Assembly: GCA_963705255.1 (NCBI GenBank) | Contig: OY970061.1 | Span: 2,528,001 to 2,592,000 of the forward strand | Length of the DNA stretch: 64,000 nt | Direction: 5' to 3' | Source of the DNA: an uncultured Methanoregulaceae archaeon | Lineage (GTDB): Archaea; Halobacteriota; Methanomicrobia; Methanomicrobiales; Methanospirillaceae | In this document: positions 1 through 11,627 of the stretch, piece after piece | How the letters are laid out: each line of letters begins with the position of its first letter | How positions within the stretch are numbered: position 1 is the stretch's first letter | Notes under the pieces: generated by a model | Database searches by the model: none | What the model was told of the DNA's origin: nothing | What the model saw: only the letters and a program-made list of their open reading frames with translations | Made by a program: the position numbers and the translations under genes

Positions 1-25
1 TCAATACGGGGGTCCCAGCACACCA

Positions 26-1315
26 TTATATTGCCTCTCTTCGATCTATCACTCGTTTTGCTTTGCCCTCAAATCTAGGCAGCGATCCGGGTTCGACAAA
101 CTTCACCGTAGTCCTGAGTTCCAGTGCATCCCGCAATTCCTTGACAACGTTTTTCTGGAGTTTTGCAAGGTCAGCAAGTTCTCCGCTGAAATAATCTCTG
201 TTGATCTCCACTTCTACAGTCATCTCATCAAGATGATTAATTCTGTCAATATATACCATAAACTGATTTCCCACTTCGGGTATTTTCAGGAGTACATGTT
301 CGATCTGGGAGGGAAAAACATTAATTCCTCGAATAACAAGCATGTCATCGCTTCTTCCTGTTATCCGGGCAATCTTTTTACCTCTCCTGCAAATGCACCC
401 GTCTTCCATGAGCATACTCACATCTCCTGTGCGGTACCGCAGTAATGGCATCGCCTCTTTTACTAAGGGTGTTACTACAAGTTCACCCCGTTCTCCATCT
501 GCCAGTTGATCTCCCGTTTGTGGATCGATAATCTCAACAAGATAACAGTCATGCCAGATATGGAGGTCGTCCCTTTCCTGACATTCGAATGCGACGCCCG
601 GCCCGAAAAGTTCGCTTAACCCATAGGAATCATATGCAGTGACACCCAATCTTTTTTCAAGCGTTTTTCGTATGCTTTCTGACCAGGGTTCAGCACCAAA
701 AAGACCCGTCTTCAGTGAGTCAAGGGAGGTGTTCATCTCTTCCGCGACTTCTGAAAGGTGCATAGCGTAACTGGGAGTGCAGTGGATTGTAGTCACGCCA
801 AAATCATTAATCATCTCGATTTGGCGTTTTGAATTACCTGTTGCACTCGGGATAACCATCATACCGATTTTTTCCGCTCCGTAATGAAACCCAAGTCCAC
901 CGGTGAACATCCCGTAATTCACCATGTTCTGGAAAACATCATTTTTGGTGATCCCTACCATGGTCATATTCCGTGCAATGAGATCAGACCAGATGTCTAG
1001 ATCGTTGCGAGTATAGCCGACAACAGTGGGTTTTCCCGTGGTTCCTGAAGTCGTATGAATCCGAATAATTTTTTTTAGAGGAACTGCAAAAAAACCAAAT
1101 GGATATCCGTCCCTGAGGTCTTGCTTTTTGGTAAATGGTATTTTTGTTATGTCTTCCAGCGTCCTGATCGAAGAACTTTTTATTCCCACTTCAGCAAGGC
1201 GTTTCCGGTAAAACTCAACATTTTGAACCTGATTCAACGTTTTTTTCAGACGTTTCAGCTGAAGCGCCTGCAAATCGCCAGGTTTCATGGTTTCAATTTT
1301 TTTATCCCAGAACAT
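26..1315 (-). CDS. paaK: Phenylacetate-CoA ligase family (PaaK-like) AMP-forming ligase
   Basis: TTSGTTGKP AMP-binding P-loop, YGLSE, RYRTGD, GRSDDMLVIRGINVFPSQIE and C-terminal GKAKRVIDRR motifs. Confidence 0.9.
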   Translation of the reverse strand: MFWDKKIETMKPGDLQALQLKRLKKTLNQVQNVEFYRKRLAEVGIKSSSIRTLEDITKIPFTKKQDLRDGYPFGFFAVPLKKIIRIHTTSGTTGKPTVVGYTRNDLDIWSDLIARNMTMVGITKNDVFQNMVNYGMFTGGLGFHYGAEKIGMMVIPSATGNSKRQIEMINDFGVTTIHCTPSYAMHLSEVAEEMNTSLDSLKTGLFGAEPWSESIRKTLEKRLGVTAYDSYGLSELFGPGVAFECQERDDLHIWHDCYLVEIIDPQTGDQLADGERGELVVTPLVKEAMPLLRYRTGDVSMLMEDGCICRRGKKIARITGRSDDMLVIRGINVFPSQIEHVLLKIPEVGNQFMVYIDRINHLDEMTVEVEINRDYFSGELADLAKLQKNVVKELRDALELRTTVKFVEPGSLPRFEGKAKRVIDRREAI

Positions 1316-1507
1316 AAACGCTCCCCTGTTATGCTATCACACGCTAAATGTAAGTATACCGCTTTCTACGGTTTATATTCACCGAAATTGATGAAATACC
1401 CTCCTGGTAAACTCAGTAAGACTCTTAAGAAAATTGGCAGAGAACCGCGCAATACGCTAAAACGATGAATTAATCTGTGGAAATGTGATAGTATTTAGAT
1501 AACTATA

Positions 1508-2458
1508 TTGTATTTTCTGGAGTTGATTGGAACGGACTATCCTTGGTTGTCGGTAACTGGGTTTGGCGCTCATATCAAATCGACCCAGAAACTATTGATT
1601 GTCCAGAAAAAAAATAATTACGAACAATTTCCGATAGAAACTGTCAAGAATCTCCTCGTTATTGGCGGACATACTCTCAATACAATGACTGTAATCCAGC
1701 TCGTAAAAAATGGCGCATTTATCTCCTTCTTTGAAGCGGATGGCAGTCCTGTTGGAACAATCCAGCCATTTGGTGATCGGAGCATAGCAAAGATTCAGGA
1801 GATCCAGCAGTCTATTCCACGGCAGCGATATGCAATAAAAATTGCCCAAAGTTCAATAAAATCCAGGCTGATGGCCATTGAGCGAATCGAAGAAAATCAA
1901 AGAATCTCTCTTTTTTATGAGGGTGAATTAGAATTTCTCCTCAAGTCTCATGATGAACTGGCGTTTCTTATCAAGCTGGATGAGATTCGCCGGCTCCACA
2001 GGCTTACGTCAGATATGTATTATGAAATAATGTCGCGAAATACGCCACCGGAATTTGGGTTCAGAAGAAGGACGAGCCGCCCCCAGTTAGATCCCATCAA
2101 CGCCATGCTCTCAATTGGATATGCGATGTTATATGGGAATTGTTGCGTTCCCGTCGTGGGTTTACATCTCGATCCCGATATCGGCCTTATCCATGATAGC
2201 AGGGGGAGCCTGGTTCACGATCTTATTGAATCCTTAAAAGCAGAAATGATTGATCCCATTGTGTTTCAGGTTGCACGCGAGAAACTTAAATCCAATGATT
2301 ATGAACAAACAGCAACCCGTTGTATACTGTCAGATGATCTCATTAAACAGATGATCGGGATGCTATATAATACAATAAATAATAAAAAAATCAACGAGCA
2401 GGTGATCAATTTCTGCAATTCGATGCAGAATAACACGGAATTCAAAGTTCTGTACTGA
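1508..2458 (+). CDS. cas1: Stand-alone Cas1 (Cas1-solo), no array or other cas genes
   Basis: Cas1 N-terminal beta domain (GFGAHIKST...LLVIGGHTLNT...ISFFEADG), FRRRTSRPQLDPINAMLSIGY, GLIH and SLVHDLIE motifs; start codon uncertain. Confidence 0.88.
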   Translation: MYFLELIGTDYPWLSVTGFGAHIKSTQKLLIVQKKNNYEQFPIETVKNLLVIGGHTLNTMTVIQLVKNGAFISFFEADGSPVGTIQPFGDRSIAKIQEIQQSIPRQRYAIKIAQSSIKSRLMAIERIEENQRISLFYEGELEFLLKSHDELAFLIKLDEIRRLHRLTSDMYYEIMSRNTPPEFGFRRRTSRPQLDPINAMLSIGYAMLYGNCCVPVVGLHLDPDIGLIHDSRGSLVHDLIESLKAEMIDPIVFQVAREKLKSNDYEQTATRCILSDDLIKQMIGMLYNTINNKKINEQVINFCNSMQNNTEFKVLY

Positions 2459-2735
2459 TGCGGCCGTCGCTTTTAATTATCGAAAAATCATTAAATTGTT
2501 TATGAGGAATTTCAGTGGTCCGCAGGTCTCTGATTATTGCACGGGGACAACCATAAACCATTGAAACAAACTTTTCAAGGATTATAGGTTCTCCAGTAGC
2601 GCAAATATGCACTCGCCCATCAGCAAGGTTGATCACGGTTCCGGTTACATTCAAATCAGTTGCAATCCGTCGCACGCAAGCCCGGAATCCTACTTTCTGA
2701 ACTCTGCCACTTATGAGAATCTCTATAGTGTTCAC
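2442..2735 (-). CDS. acyP: Acylphosphatase
   Basis: ISGRVQKVGFR and GTVINLADGRV signature, 97 aa. Confidence 0.9.
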   Translation of the reverse strand: MNTIEILISGRVQKVGFRACVRRIATDLNVTGTVINLADGRVHICATGEPIILEKFVSMVYGCPRAIIRDLRTTEIPHKQFNDFSIIKSDGRISTEL

Positions 2736-2736
2736 A

Positions 2737-5700
2737 TTATAACCCCTGCATGATTTTTATTGCAATTCCAAGTTCGTCGAACACTTCGTCCCGTATAGAT
2801 GATTGCCGGATATTTGTTGCAGCATCTATTGCAAAATCAAGAATTTCCTGTGCTGTGCGGTCGCACCCAGCGGAATAGATTTTCAAGGCGATATCGCACA
2901 TCACAAAGGATCTTCTTGAAAGCGGCCGAATTATACGGGCTTCTTTTATCGAATTCTGGATCATCCGGCGCGAAACCTTTTCTTCCCCTTTCTCTCTGAA
3001 AAAAACTGCAAGATTGCAGAAAAAAATTGCTTCTTTCCCCCGATCCGCAACTGATCGAACCAGTCGTTCAAGCGATGTAATCTGATTTGGATGAATACCG
3101 TCTGTCACCATCTTTTCTGACAGTGCCTTAATTTTTAAATAAAGCGGGGGAATATCGTATGCTTGAGTGTATCCCATTTTTTTAAGACGGTCAAACCGCA
3201 AATCATCATCCTCAATTGATTTTGTAATCTGGATAGCCAAAGAGAGGAACTTATTATCGTTATTTTTTTGGTAGAGCATGGAATAGATCCGGGCAATATT
3301 GTCGCGGAATTTATCGCCAATTGATTGAATGTTAATTTTCTTGGTTAATGTATCAGTTTTTTTAAGAAGAGCAAGGGATGTAGCATCGTCAGAGCTTTGT
3401 AATGGAAGAGGGATGATATTGAGGAGGGTGATAGCTTTCTCGTATGGTGAAGAGATCTTCTCTGCTGCGTTTTCCATAAAATGTAACAAATTACTGCATT
3501 GATCTTTGTCTTGCCGAACTATACCATAAACTGCAATAAGGGAATTAATGTACTCTACGGGATCGGAAATTTTTTGAACAACTTCCAAAGCGACATTAAT
3601 CCATTCAGAATCCGGCTCAACTGCATTCAGACTGACTATTGCGAATACAACCTGCCTGCGAGCCATTGCATCTTTGTCAAACTCGACCCGGTCCAGTTGC
3701 TGTATTCCTTTTTTTAGGCATTGTGAGGCAAATTTTGCATCGAATCTGCAATACAGTGTTGTCAGATCAGAGAGGATCAATACTTTCTGGTATTCTGCAG
3801 GCAAACTCACGAGATCTTTAAAAATATTGTCCAGAATCTGATATGCCTTGTTATAATCATGGATTATTATCAAGGAATCCGCCAGGTTGCATAATCCCTT
3901 TAGTTTTAGATATGGATCGTTGACTAACTGAAGAACCTGAAACCGCAATCTGAAAATGACCGGGTTTGATTTGGATGCATCATTTCTGTAGAGGAGTGAT
4001 GCCAGAATCTCATAAGGATCGGTAGAGTTAGGGCTGAGGATATCATCATCAAGACTTGAAATAATCCGGGACATCATTGCATCCCGTTCGTACGAATTTT
4101 CTATTTCAATGGCATACATTACCATGGGTATTATATAATCTCGGTTATTGCTGGCTCTTGAATATGATATGATTATATCAATTATACCGGCAATCTTGAG
4201 CGAGATTTGAGGGGATTTGATATTGTGTTTGATAATCTGAAGTCCCCGTTCGAATGGTTGAAGTGCTGATATGAAATAATCCTCTAATTCTGAAAATCTG
4301 GAGTCTTTGATAAGAATGCAACCGATTTTCACGAAACATTCAGTCTATCCGCTCAAACAATTGTGCTTTGAGCGATGGATCGTTAATATCCGAGGCAATA
4401 AGATGAGCATCTTCAAGAGCATCGGGAGACTTTTTATCGATTGCATATTTTATAACTCCATCGATTATATTTGCCATTGCATATGTCGCAAGATCCTTTT
4501 CGAGAAGAGAACTGCTCCAAACTTTCATCCTTAAAAGAAGATCCAGATCTCCCTGCTGTGCAGCGAGAATTGAAGCATCATCGATTATGCTACTCAATGT
4601 TGCGGATCTTGTGCTCTGCCCATCAATCTCGCACGTGAGGCCGACTGCTCTCTGGAGGAAATCTCGGTTTTTTGTTCGTACCCCTATTTTTGCTATTTTA
4701 ATGACGATATTCGAAATTGCTCTTTCTTTCAATGATTGTTCGTCAATCGATTCGGCAAGTTGAATGAGAATTTCGGGATCATATATTTCCAGAAATCCAC
4801 GATCAATAAGAATCGTTATGCTTTCAAGAATGAGATTGTCCTTTTTTGGATGCATACCGATAAGATTTTTAATCGACTGACTATGTTCTATAACATCTTT
4901 GAAAGAGTTCTCCTTACTAACTTCAATTATTGCCCTGTAGATTGCATTATTGGCAACGTCTTTTTTCAGACTTATAAGAATGGCATTTTTAATTAATGGA
5001 ATGCTATCATTTGCTATCCCTTTTTTCAGCAAATGTGACAGGCTGTCCGTAAATTGGGGGAGGTTTTCAATCTCATGAGAAATTTTTCCAAAAATTTCAA
5101 GAGCGGAATTAAAATCACCCGAAGAAAGCATAATCTGGGAAAAATGAAGGTAAATCCGTGACAAAATTAGACTATTACAGTTTTTTTCGATGAGAGGAAT
5201 CAGATCCGTCAAGACTTGCATTTCATTAGAATTGAGGGCAACTGATATTCCAGCACGAACGATCTCTCTGGTTGGACACGTCTCCGTCTCAGATTGGTGC
5301 TCGTGAAGTTTCAGTGCAGAGGAAAGGAACCATTTATCCCCCGATCGTTCAGCCTTTTTCAGGAGATCCAGGACAAGGGTAGCAGCTACCTCGGGTTTAT
5401 CATCGCACAATGTCTGTAGTATATTGATAATTTGTTTCTTTTCTTTGACACGTTCCAGTAGCTGTTCCGTCAGAGAACTTATTATTTCGAGATATGCATC
5501 GTGAGTGACGTCGTTAAAATTATTCATAAAGAGGGGAATATCCGTCATCTCTTTACTGAAACCGGATTTCGCCCCTTTACCTATGATGAATGAAATACAG
5601 TCATGACGTCGTATTTTCTGATGAATATCTGTTGCGCTGCTGATGCTCTTAAAAAATGACGATCGATCCTTTTTCAAAATGGAAATTGTTGCCAATGCTT

Positions 5701-6295
5701 TTGCAAGTTCTGCATGGAGTACTGCCCGTTTTGATATATCCCCAATATCTTCAATTAAATGGAGGGAGGTGTAGAGAAGTTGTTGATCGCGTGTGGTTAT
5801 TGCCCATACGATTAGCAAAGGAATAATATCAATCATTATATTAGATCGATATTTTCTGAAACTTATCCGATCAAGCATAATCATGCCAGTTCCTATAAGT
5901 TCAGGATCCGTTTTTGACACTCCTGCTTCAATGAGATCACGGGCAATCATTGCGAAAACTCGTGACTGATCGCTTTTTTTATTCAGTTTTTCAGAAAGAG
6001 AAGATACAGATTCTAGCCAGGCATCATCTTTTGTTAAAATATATTGTTTAATAATCTGAGAAAAAAGATTATCAATTTCATTATTTTGGGGATTGGGGAG
6101 AGATAATAATAATGTTGGTTTATTTTTTTTCAGTGCAATCTCAATAATTGCCTTATTAATATTGATAATTAGATTCTTACGGCCTTTGGATCCTTTCGTA
6201 TGTTGGATATTTTCAATAGCCGCTGCAATATCTTTCCAATCCTCTACAGGAAACGCACGTTGTATTTCGTCAAAAATTTCTTCGGATCGGACCAT
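2737..6295 (-). CDS. Large alpha-helical repeat (TPR/HEAT-like solenoid) hypothetical protein, ~1185 aa, split by a 1-nt insertion near 4345
   Basis: ORFs 4340..6295 and 2737..4332 join as ...LFERI-A-ECFVKIGCIL... if one base is removed; recurring helix-pair repeats (e.g. A..I.D...R...L..IA). Confidence 0.7.
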
Positions 6296-6556
6296 TCATT
6301 ATCACAAGTTCAATATTGCTGAGTAAACTCAATTTGACTGAAATATTAAATAAATTTTTTGATATCATTTGCGTGCAAATTTTTTTTTTTGGTTATAATG
6401 GGCATTTATTATCGAATTTGACAAAACGTTCAATAATATTGATTAAATTTCAAAATACCGATTTTTTTGAATATTTTCAAATTTCATTTTGACGATAATA
6501 ATCAGGATTAAATCTGGAAAAATAGAATTTGATTTTTGCCCGATGATCGTTATTTC

Positions 6557-7945
6557 TTATTGAACGATCTTCTGTATCTCCTGTTTGAGCTCCTCGTGAA
6601 ATGCAATACCCGTTTCACGTTTTTCAGAATCTATAATAATCCGTAAAATTGGTTCGGTACCGGAAGAACGGATCAGTGCCCAAGAATCACCCTTAAAAAC
6701 TTTTAAGCCGTCGGTGCGATCAATCGGGTTTTGAGAATAGAATACGCTGAGGGCCTCTAATATTTTTTCACCCTGTGGAGTGGCAATCTTGTCTTTTATA
6801 ATATGACGTTTGGGTAACTGTTTTACGAGTCCTGATAGTTTTTTTCCGGTTGAAGCAAGAATAAAGACCATCATTGCAGCGCTCATCCCCCCGTCGCGAC
6901 AGAACTGGTGATCAGGGAAAATGAGCCCGCCGTTACCCTCACCCCCGAATATTACGTGCTCTCCCTGGGCAATGAGTGAGAGCATTGTACGGGCGACATA
7001 AATGCTACCGACCGGGGTAAAAGTAATAGAGCAATTTTCTTTTTTGGCTATCATCTCCACTATCTGTCCCGTACTCACAGGTGTAACAATTGTTCCTTTA
7101 CTCTGGCGGCAGATATGTTGGGCTACAACCGCGAACTCCTGATTTTCTTCAACAAATTGGCCTTTTTCATCGATGAATACAGCGCGGTCAGCGTCACCAT
7201 CATGGGCTATACCGAATACCGCCCCGCTACTGACTACCAGAGAAGACAAATTCCGAAGTCCTTCCTCAGAAGGCTCCGGTAAACGACCGGGAAACGTCCC
7301 GTCCAATATACAATTGATGGTAATCACGTTGCATCCCATCAGTGAAAGTATTCGTGGGGTAGTAATACATGCAGGACCGGAACCCGGATCTACAACTACT
7401 GTCATTCCTCTTCCAGGTTTACCAGTGAAGTGGTTCGCCACCGCTGTAATATATTTTTCAATAAGGCGGGGAGCGTTCAGATCGTGGCCAATGTGATCCC
7501 ATGTGTGTGTTGAAAAGGGTTCATCGAATATCAATTGTTCTAGTTTCAGGGTCTCCTCATCCCCCATTTCTGTTCCATCCGGTTCAATGATCTTGATGCC
7601 ATTATATTCCGGGGGGTTATGGGACGCTGTAATCATTGCACCCCCATCAAACTGTTCTTTGACAAGGTATTGGAGTGCCGGCGTGGGAAGAATGCCGCAG
7701 TCTACGACATCGCAACCTGCCGCAAGCAAGCCCGATTTGATGGCATTGATGTAGGTTCGACCAGACGTACGGGTGTCCCGCCCGACAGCAATTCGCCCTT
7801 TCCGCATTGTTCCAAGGGATGCCCCGATCTTCATTACAAGTTCCGGTGTAAGTTCTTTACCGGTAATACCCCGAACCCCGTTTGTCCCGAACAACCTTTT
7901 CTGGATCTTTTTCGTTATCATTTTTATCCCCGCTATTTGTTTCAA
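6557..7945 (-). CDS. glmM: Phosphoglucosamine mutase / phosphomannomutase
   Basis: FGTNGVRG, ITASHNP phosphoserine loop, DGDADR metal loop, GGEGNGG, RSSGTEP. Confidence 0.9.
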   Translation of the reverse strand: MKQIAGIKMITKKIQKRLFGTNGVRGITGKELTPELVMKIGASLGTMRKGRIAVGRDTRTSGRTYINAIKSGLLAAGCDVVDCGILPTPALQYLVKEQFDGGAMITASHNPPEYNGIKIIEPDGTEMGDEETLKLEQLIFDEPFSTHTWDHIGHDLNAPRLIEKYITAVANHFTGKPGRGMTVVVDPGSGPACITTPRILSLMGCNVITINCILDGTFPGRLPEPSEEGLRNLSSLVVSSGAVFGIAHDGDADRAVFIDEKGQFVEENQEFAVVAQHICRQSKGTIVTPVSTGQIVEMIAKKENCSITFTPVGSIYVARTMLSLIAQGEHVIFGGEGNGGLIFPDHQFCRDGGMSAAMMVFILASTGKKLSGLVKQLPKRHIIKDKIATPQGEKILEALSVFYSQNPIDRTDGLKVFKGDSWALIRSSGTEPILRIIIDSEKRETGIAFHEELKQEIQKIVQ

Positions 7946-8358
7946 GCCTGAAAATCTTCAAAATGATGAAGCGATTTAATTACTTCGTCTACCGTGGGAT
8001 TACGCAAAATATACTGATCGACCGTAAGATTACCGATTACAATTTTGGGGAACGACCGCTCCTTGTAACCTTCAATGATAGCGTAATCTATCCGGTGAAA
8101 AAATAGCATACGTAATGTATCATCAAGTTGGTTTTTCCGGAATGTAATAACGGTCTTGTTCGCATCTATCCCGACGGTGATATCTGCCCCGGCATCATAA
8201 AAGATCGTCGTGTCTTTTCCCTCTTCAAGGAAATAGTCATGATCCCCAAGATGCTTTATAACCGCAACCTTGCCATATTTTTTGAGCTCGGGAATAAGAT
8301 TTTTGATAAATGTGGTTTTGCCGGAGTTTGATCTTCCAACAACCTGAATCACTTTCAC
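7942..8358 (-). CDS. mobB: Molybdopterin-guanine dinucleotide biosynthesis protein B
   Basis: VVGRSNSGKTT P-loop, VAVIKH, GKDT, IIEGYK. Confidence 0.88.
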   Translation of the reverse strand: MKVIQVVGRSNSGKTTFIKNLIPELKKYGKVAVIKHLGDHDYFLEEGKDTTIFYDAGADITVGIDANKTVITFRKNQLDDTLRMLFFHRIDYAIIEGYKERSFPKIVIGNLTVDQYILRNPTVDEVIKSLHHFEDFQA

Positions 8359-8361
8359 GGG

Positions 8362-9234
8362 TTATTTCTCCTCGCTTACGTGCTTAGTTTTTTGAGAATT
8401 TGCATCATCTCTTTCTTTACATAATACCATTTTTTCTTCATTTTCGTGAACACTCGTACGTTCTTGATCTGTTCTTAAAAAAATACTATGTGCTGATAGT
8501 CGATGAGATTGTGCTTCGCCAATCATGTCCTTATCAATACCAACAGTAGACAATTCCGTCTTTTCAATCAGTACTTGGACCGCATCTGTATCAATTACTG
8601 TCTTATTTCCACCATTTTTTCCAAAACCAGAAGGATCTGCAGGATCAGTCTCAGTCCCTTCAATTGACGTTGTTCTGGTATCTGCCATGTCAGATTCAGG
8701 ATTCGGGAGGTGATCGCGGGTATCGGTCTCTTCACTCCGGGTTTTGAGGATGGTTTTTGCCGCTTCGCCGACACTCCTCATTACCTTGGTAATGCGATCT
8801 TCAATATCGATCTCTTCATCGATGTCCAGTGTTGTCCCCTCTACTTCAAGGAGGAATCGCGCCACTTCGCTCGCTTCAAAAAGCAGATCGTCAAGTTCAT
8901 CAGTGGTAAAAAATCCGCACATAGCACCATAGAAAAAGGTGGCGCTTGCTTTACGAACTTTCTTTTTAAAAGAATTCCGTGCCTGATTTACAGCCTGAGG
9001 TGTATAGGTCTCTTCCATGAATGGAACAAGTTCCGGAAGATTTTTCCCGATAAATGTCATTTCTGCACCTCCGGATGTGCGAAAATCCGTACATAACCGG
9101 GCTAATGCCCACTCCCTCGCCGTGATGTACGTGCGCTTACGTAAAAACTGGTTAACTTTCCGATATGTTGCACCATCCACTTTTTTAAATTTTTTATATT
9201 TGTTGAGCTCCTGCCGGATATTTGCTTCGTCCAT
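8362..9234 (-). CDS. Conserved euryarchaeal hypothetical protein (DUF5806-like N-terminal domain plus acidic low-complexity tail)
   Basis: KFKKVDGATYRKVNQFLRKRTYITAREWA...QARNSFKKKVRKA resembles the family from memory; disordered C-terminal tail. Confidence 0.6.
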   Translation of the reverse strand: MDEANIRQELNKYKKFKKVDGATYRKVNQFLRKRTYITAREWALARLCTDFRTSGGAEMTFIGKNLPELVPFMEETYTPQAVNQARNSFKKKVRKASATFFYGAMCGFFTTDELDDLLFEASEVARFLLEVEGTTLDIDEEIDIEDRITKVMRSVGEAAKTILKTRSEETDTRDHLPNPESDMADTRTTSIEGTETDPADPSGFGKNGGNKTVIDTDAVQVLIEKTELSTVGIDKDMIGEAQSHRLSAHSIFLRTDQERTSVHENEEKMVLCKERDDANSQKTKHVSEEK

Positions 9235-10566
9235 AAATGATACTCCAGGATATCCTATTTGAGGCTCGGTTTAGAGATCAGTGGATTATTTGACTGTTTT
9301 GTATATAGCAATATGTGGTTTATTTCTTAAATAAGATCAATTATCATCCTGGCAATACTTCGATTTTCACATAGTTTTCAAACATTTTATGATTCACTAT
9401 GATGATCTGCCAATGATCATCCGGATTTTATTCATTCCTGAAATCAGGAAGGCAAAACGCAGATGGGAAAAGTCAGGGTTACTGCTCGTTGTTCTTTATA
9501 GCAGTTTGAATTTCTCATCGTGTCAGAACTTTGATGTGGCTCGAGTGGATGTGTAAATGGGCTGATGATCCCAGGAAGTTGCCCCGGGGAAGATAGTCAG
9601 CGATCATCATGGTTTCAAACATTACACCAGGAAAGGACGGTCATGCAGCTGGGAGGGTCTCGTGCGCCTTCATCTCCTTCCGGTCAGTTTTGCGAACCTC
9701 ATGTTAAGTGCCTGTTGCCGGTTTCATGGTACTGAATGGAACAGGAGTATCCCAGAATCAAAAGAAGGCCTATTTGAGAGCTCTTTAGTGAGTGGGTCCG
9801 GTCGAGTCACGATCGCGGGATCTCCGGCAGAGTCCTGCAGTGGGATCCGGCAGTGTTTGTGTATAGCAGCCGGCAGTTTACTATGGTCTGATAAACAAAA
9901 ATATCTTGAAACGGGGCTCAATTTAGCCTCCGTTTTAATACGACGACCACATGTTTGATCGTTTCCACCTAGAGGAATTCTACAAAATGGTCCAGTCGTT
10001 CATTTGCAACAAGGAGCATCTATATGCACAATCTTGCAGGCTGAACGGCAGGGCCTATATGCAGGATTGGAAAATCTGGAAACAGGGAAAATCAACGACG
10101 TAGAAAATAAATTGATAAATTTGGAAAACGGGAAACACAACGACAAACGACAGATTTGAAAATTTTGAAAACTTCGAATTAAAGAAATTTATCATCTGAA
10201 AAAACGCCTATAATTTGTTGATGAATTTTCTTAAATCAAAAATTCGGATAAAGAATGGAATCTTTTTTTAAAGTAGGATCTCCATTGGGAACGTGATCAT
10301 TTTTTCAAAAATTGATCTTTTTGTAAGGCGTGAAGGAGGTCCTCGTTTGCCAGGATGCCAGGGCCCTGGCCCCCTGCAGCAGCGGGGACCCGATTTTTGC
10401 ATTTCATTTCCAGTGGGGCGATCGCCAGATTCACCCAATAGTGATAATAAAATCGCTCAGCAGAAGCGATATCCACAAAAAATTAACCTTACTGGGTAAA
10501 TAGAATTTCATCAAAAAATCCTTAATAGTATATATCATCTGAGGGATTTATGTTACTAAATTCAAT

Positions 10567-11331
10567 ATGGATAAAATTCGTTCTTTCGATATGGGTTTCT
10601 GGATCCTTTTATTGGGTATATTTTCTATCTTTTGGGGGTGGATTGGTTTATTATTGGGTTTGAAGGAATTTTCAAGTTCCGGATTATATGATAGCGGGAT
10701 TGGGTTAATCGGTGTTGGCGTGGGATTTGTGGCCGTAAGTCTTTCTTTAAAAACCGATAAATTGGTTAAATCAATAGCTGATTTAAATTTTGATGAAAAA
10801 ATAGCAGCGATAAAAGGATATAGTAAAGAATTCAACCGTCATAAAATTGAAGACAAAAATGAAATTAAAAAAGGTTTAGATCGATTATATTGGGATTTAA
10901 AGGCAGTTTCTCATCTTAAAAAGTATGCTTCGAAAGAACAAAAGACTGAGTTAAGTGATACAGTTGAAGCAGCTATTTATCCGCCGAGAATTGATCCTGA
11001 TGATGAAGACCTTTACGATATTGACGATGATATCGAAAACTTAATTGAAAATATTAAAAAATTTATTGATCCATATGACTATAAAGCTCCTGCCATAGAA
11101 TCAATTTCTATTATGGAAAAAAAAGGATCTTTAACAGATAATCAAAAAATGATTGAATTGCAGATTGCCCAATTTGCTGTTACAATGATGATAGCGGTCG
11201 CTGCATTTTTTTATATTACATTCCCTGATGAATGGCCCTATTGGTTACGAGGGGGAATATCAATTGGTTCAGGTATAGTATTTGCAATTATTATTGCATT
11301 TATGTTTGAAAAAAAGTATATAAAGTCCTGA
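10567..11331 (+). CDS. AT-rich hypothetical membrane protein (2 N-terminal and 2 C-terminal TM segments)
   Basis: 254-aa ORF with hydrophobic stretches at both ends and strongly A/T-biased codons. Confidence 0.7.
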   Translation: MDKIRSFDMGFWILLLGIFSIFWGWIGLLLGLKEFSSSGLYDSGIGLIGVGVGFVAVSLSLKTDKLVKSIADLNFDEKIAAIKGYSKEFNRHKIEDKNEIKKGLDRLYWDLKAVSHLKKYASKEQKTELSDTVEAAIYPPRIDPDDEDLYDIDDDIENLIENIKKFIDPYDYKAPAIESISIMEKKGSLTDNQKMIELQIAQFAVTMMIAVAAFFYITFPDEWPYWLRGGISIGSGIVFAIIIAFMFEKKYIKS

Positions 11332-11627
11332 CAATGCGGAGAATCAGGGCCTAGTGAGGCTCATAGTTTGATTCTATTGGCTTTTCCTGGTCCAGATGAT
11401 GAAAAGAAGGACAGAACTGAAAAGAAGCCTCATTTTGAAGGGTCGATATAAAGACTATAATAAAAAAATTTTCTATTTCCTTCAAGCCAATCAGCAACCG
11501 GCACAGCGCCAGGTTGATCACCTGAGGGTATTCTTTTGCCACGACCGGGGTCAAGTAAGTTGCTGTACAGTAGTCGATTGTGAGATGCTAGGATCTCTAA
11601 AATCTGCGGAGCAATTGAAAATTCGAC

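Noticed and set aside
1508-2458. Casposon
   Set aside because: No family B polymerase, TIRs or target duplication; flanked by housekeeping genes; catalytic Glu apparently substituted
9560-9960. Possible ncRNA or small gene in a moderately GC-rich intergenic patch
   Set aside because: Only weak CCGGCAG/GATCCGG echoes; no SRP, RNase P or riboswitch motif and no convincing ORF
9961-10420. Replication origin defined by ORB-like GTTTCCAC (9961) and TTCCAGTGG (~10408) around an AT tract
   Set aside because: Partial matches only and no adjacent orc1/cdc6; kept only as an alternative reading of the polar-motif finding
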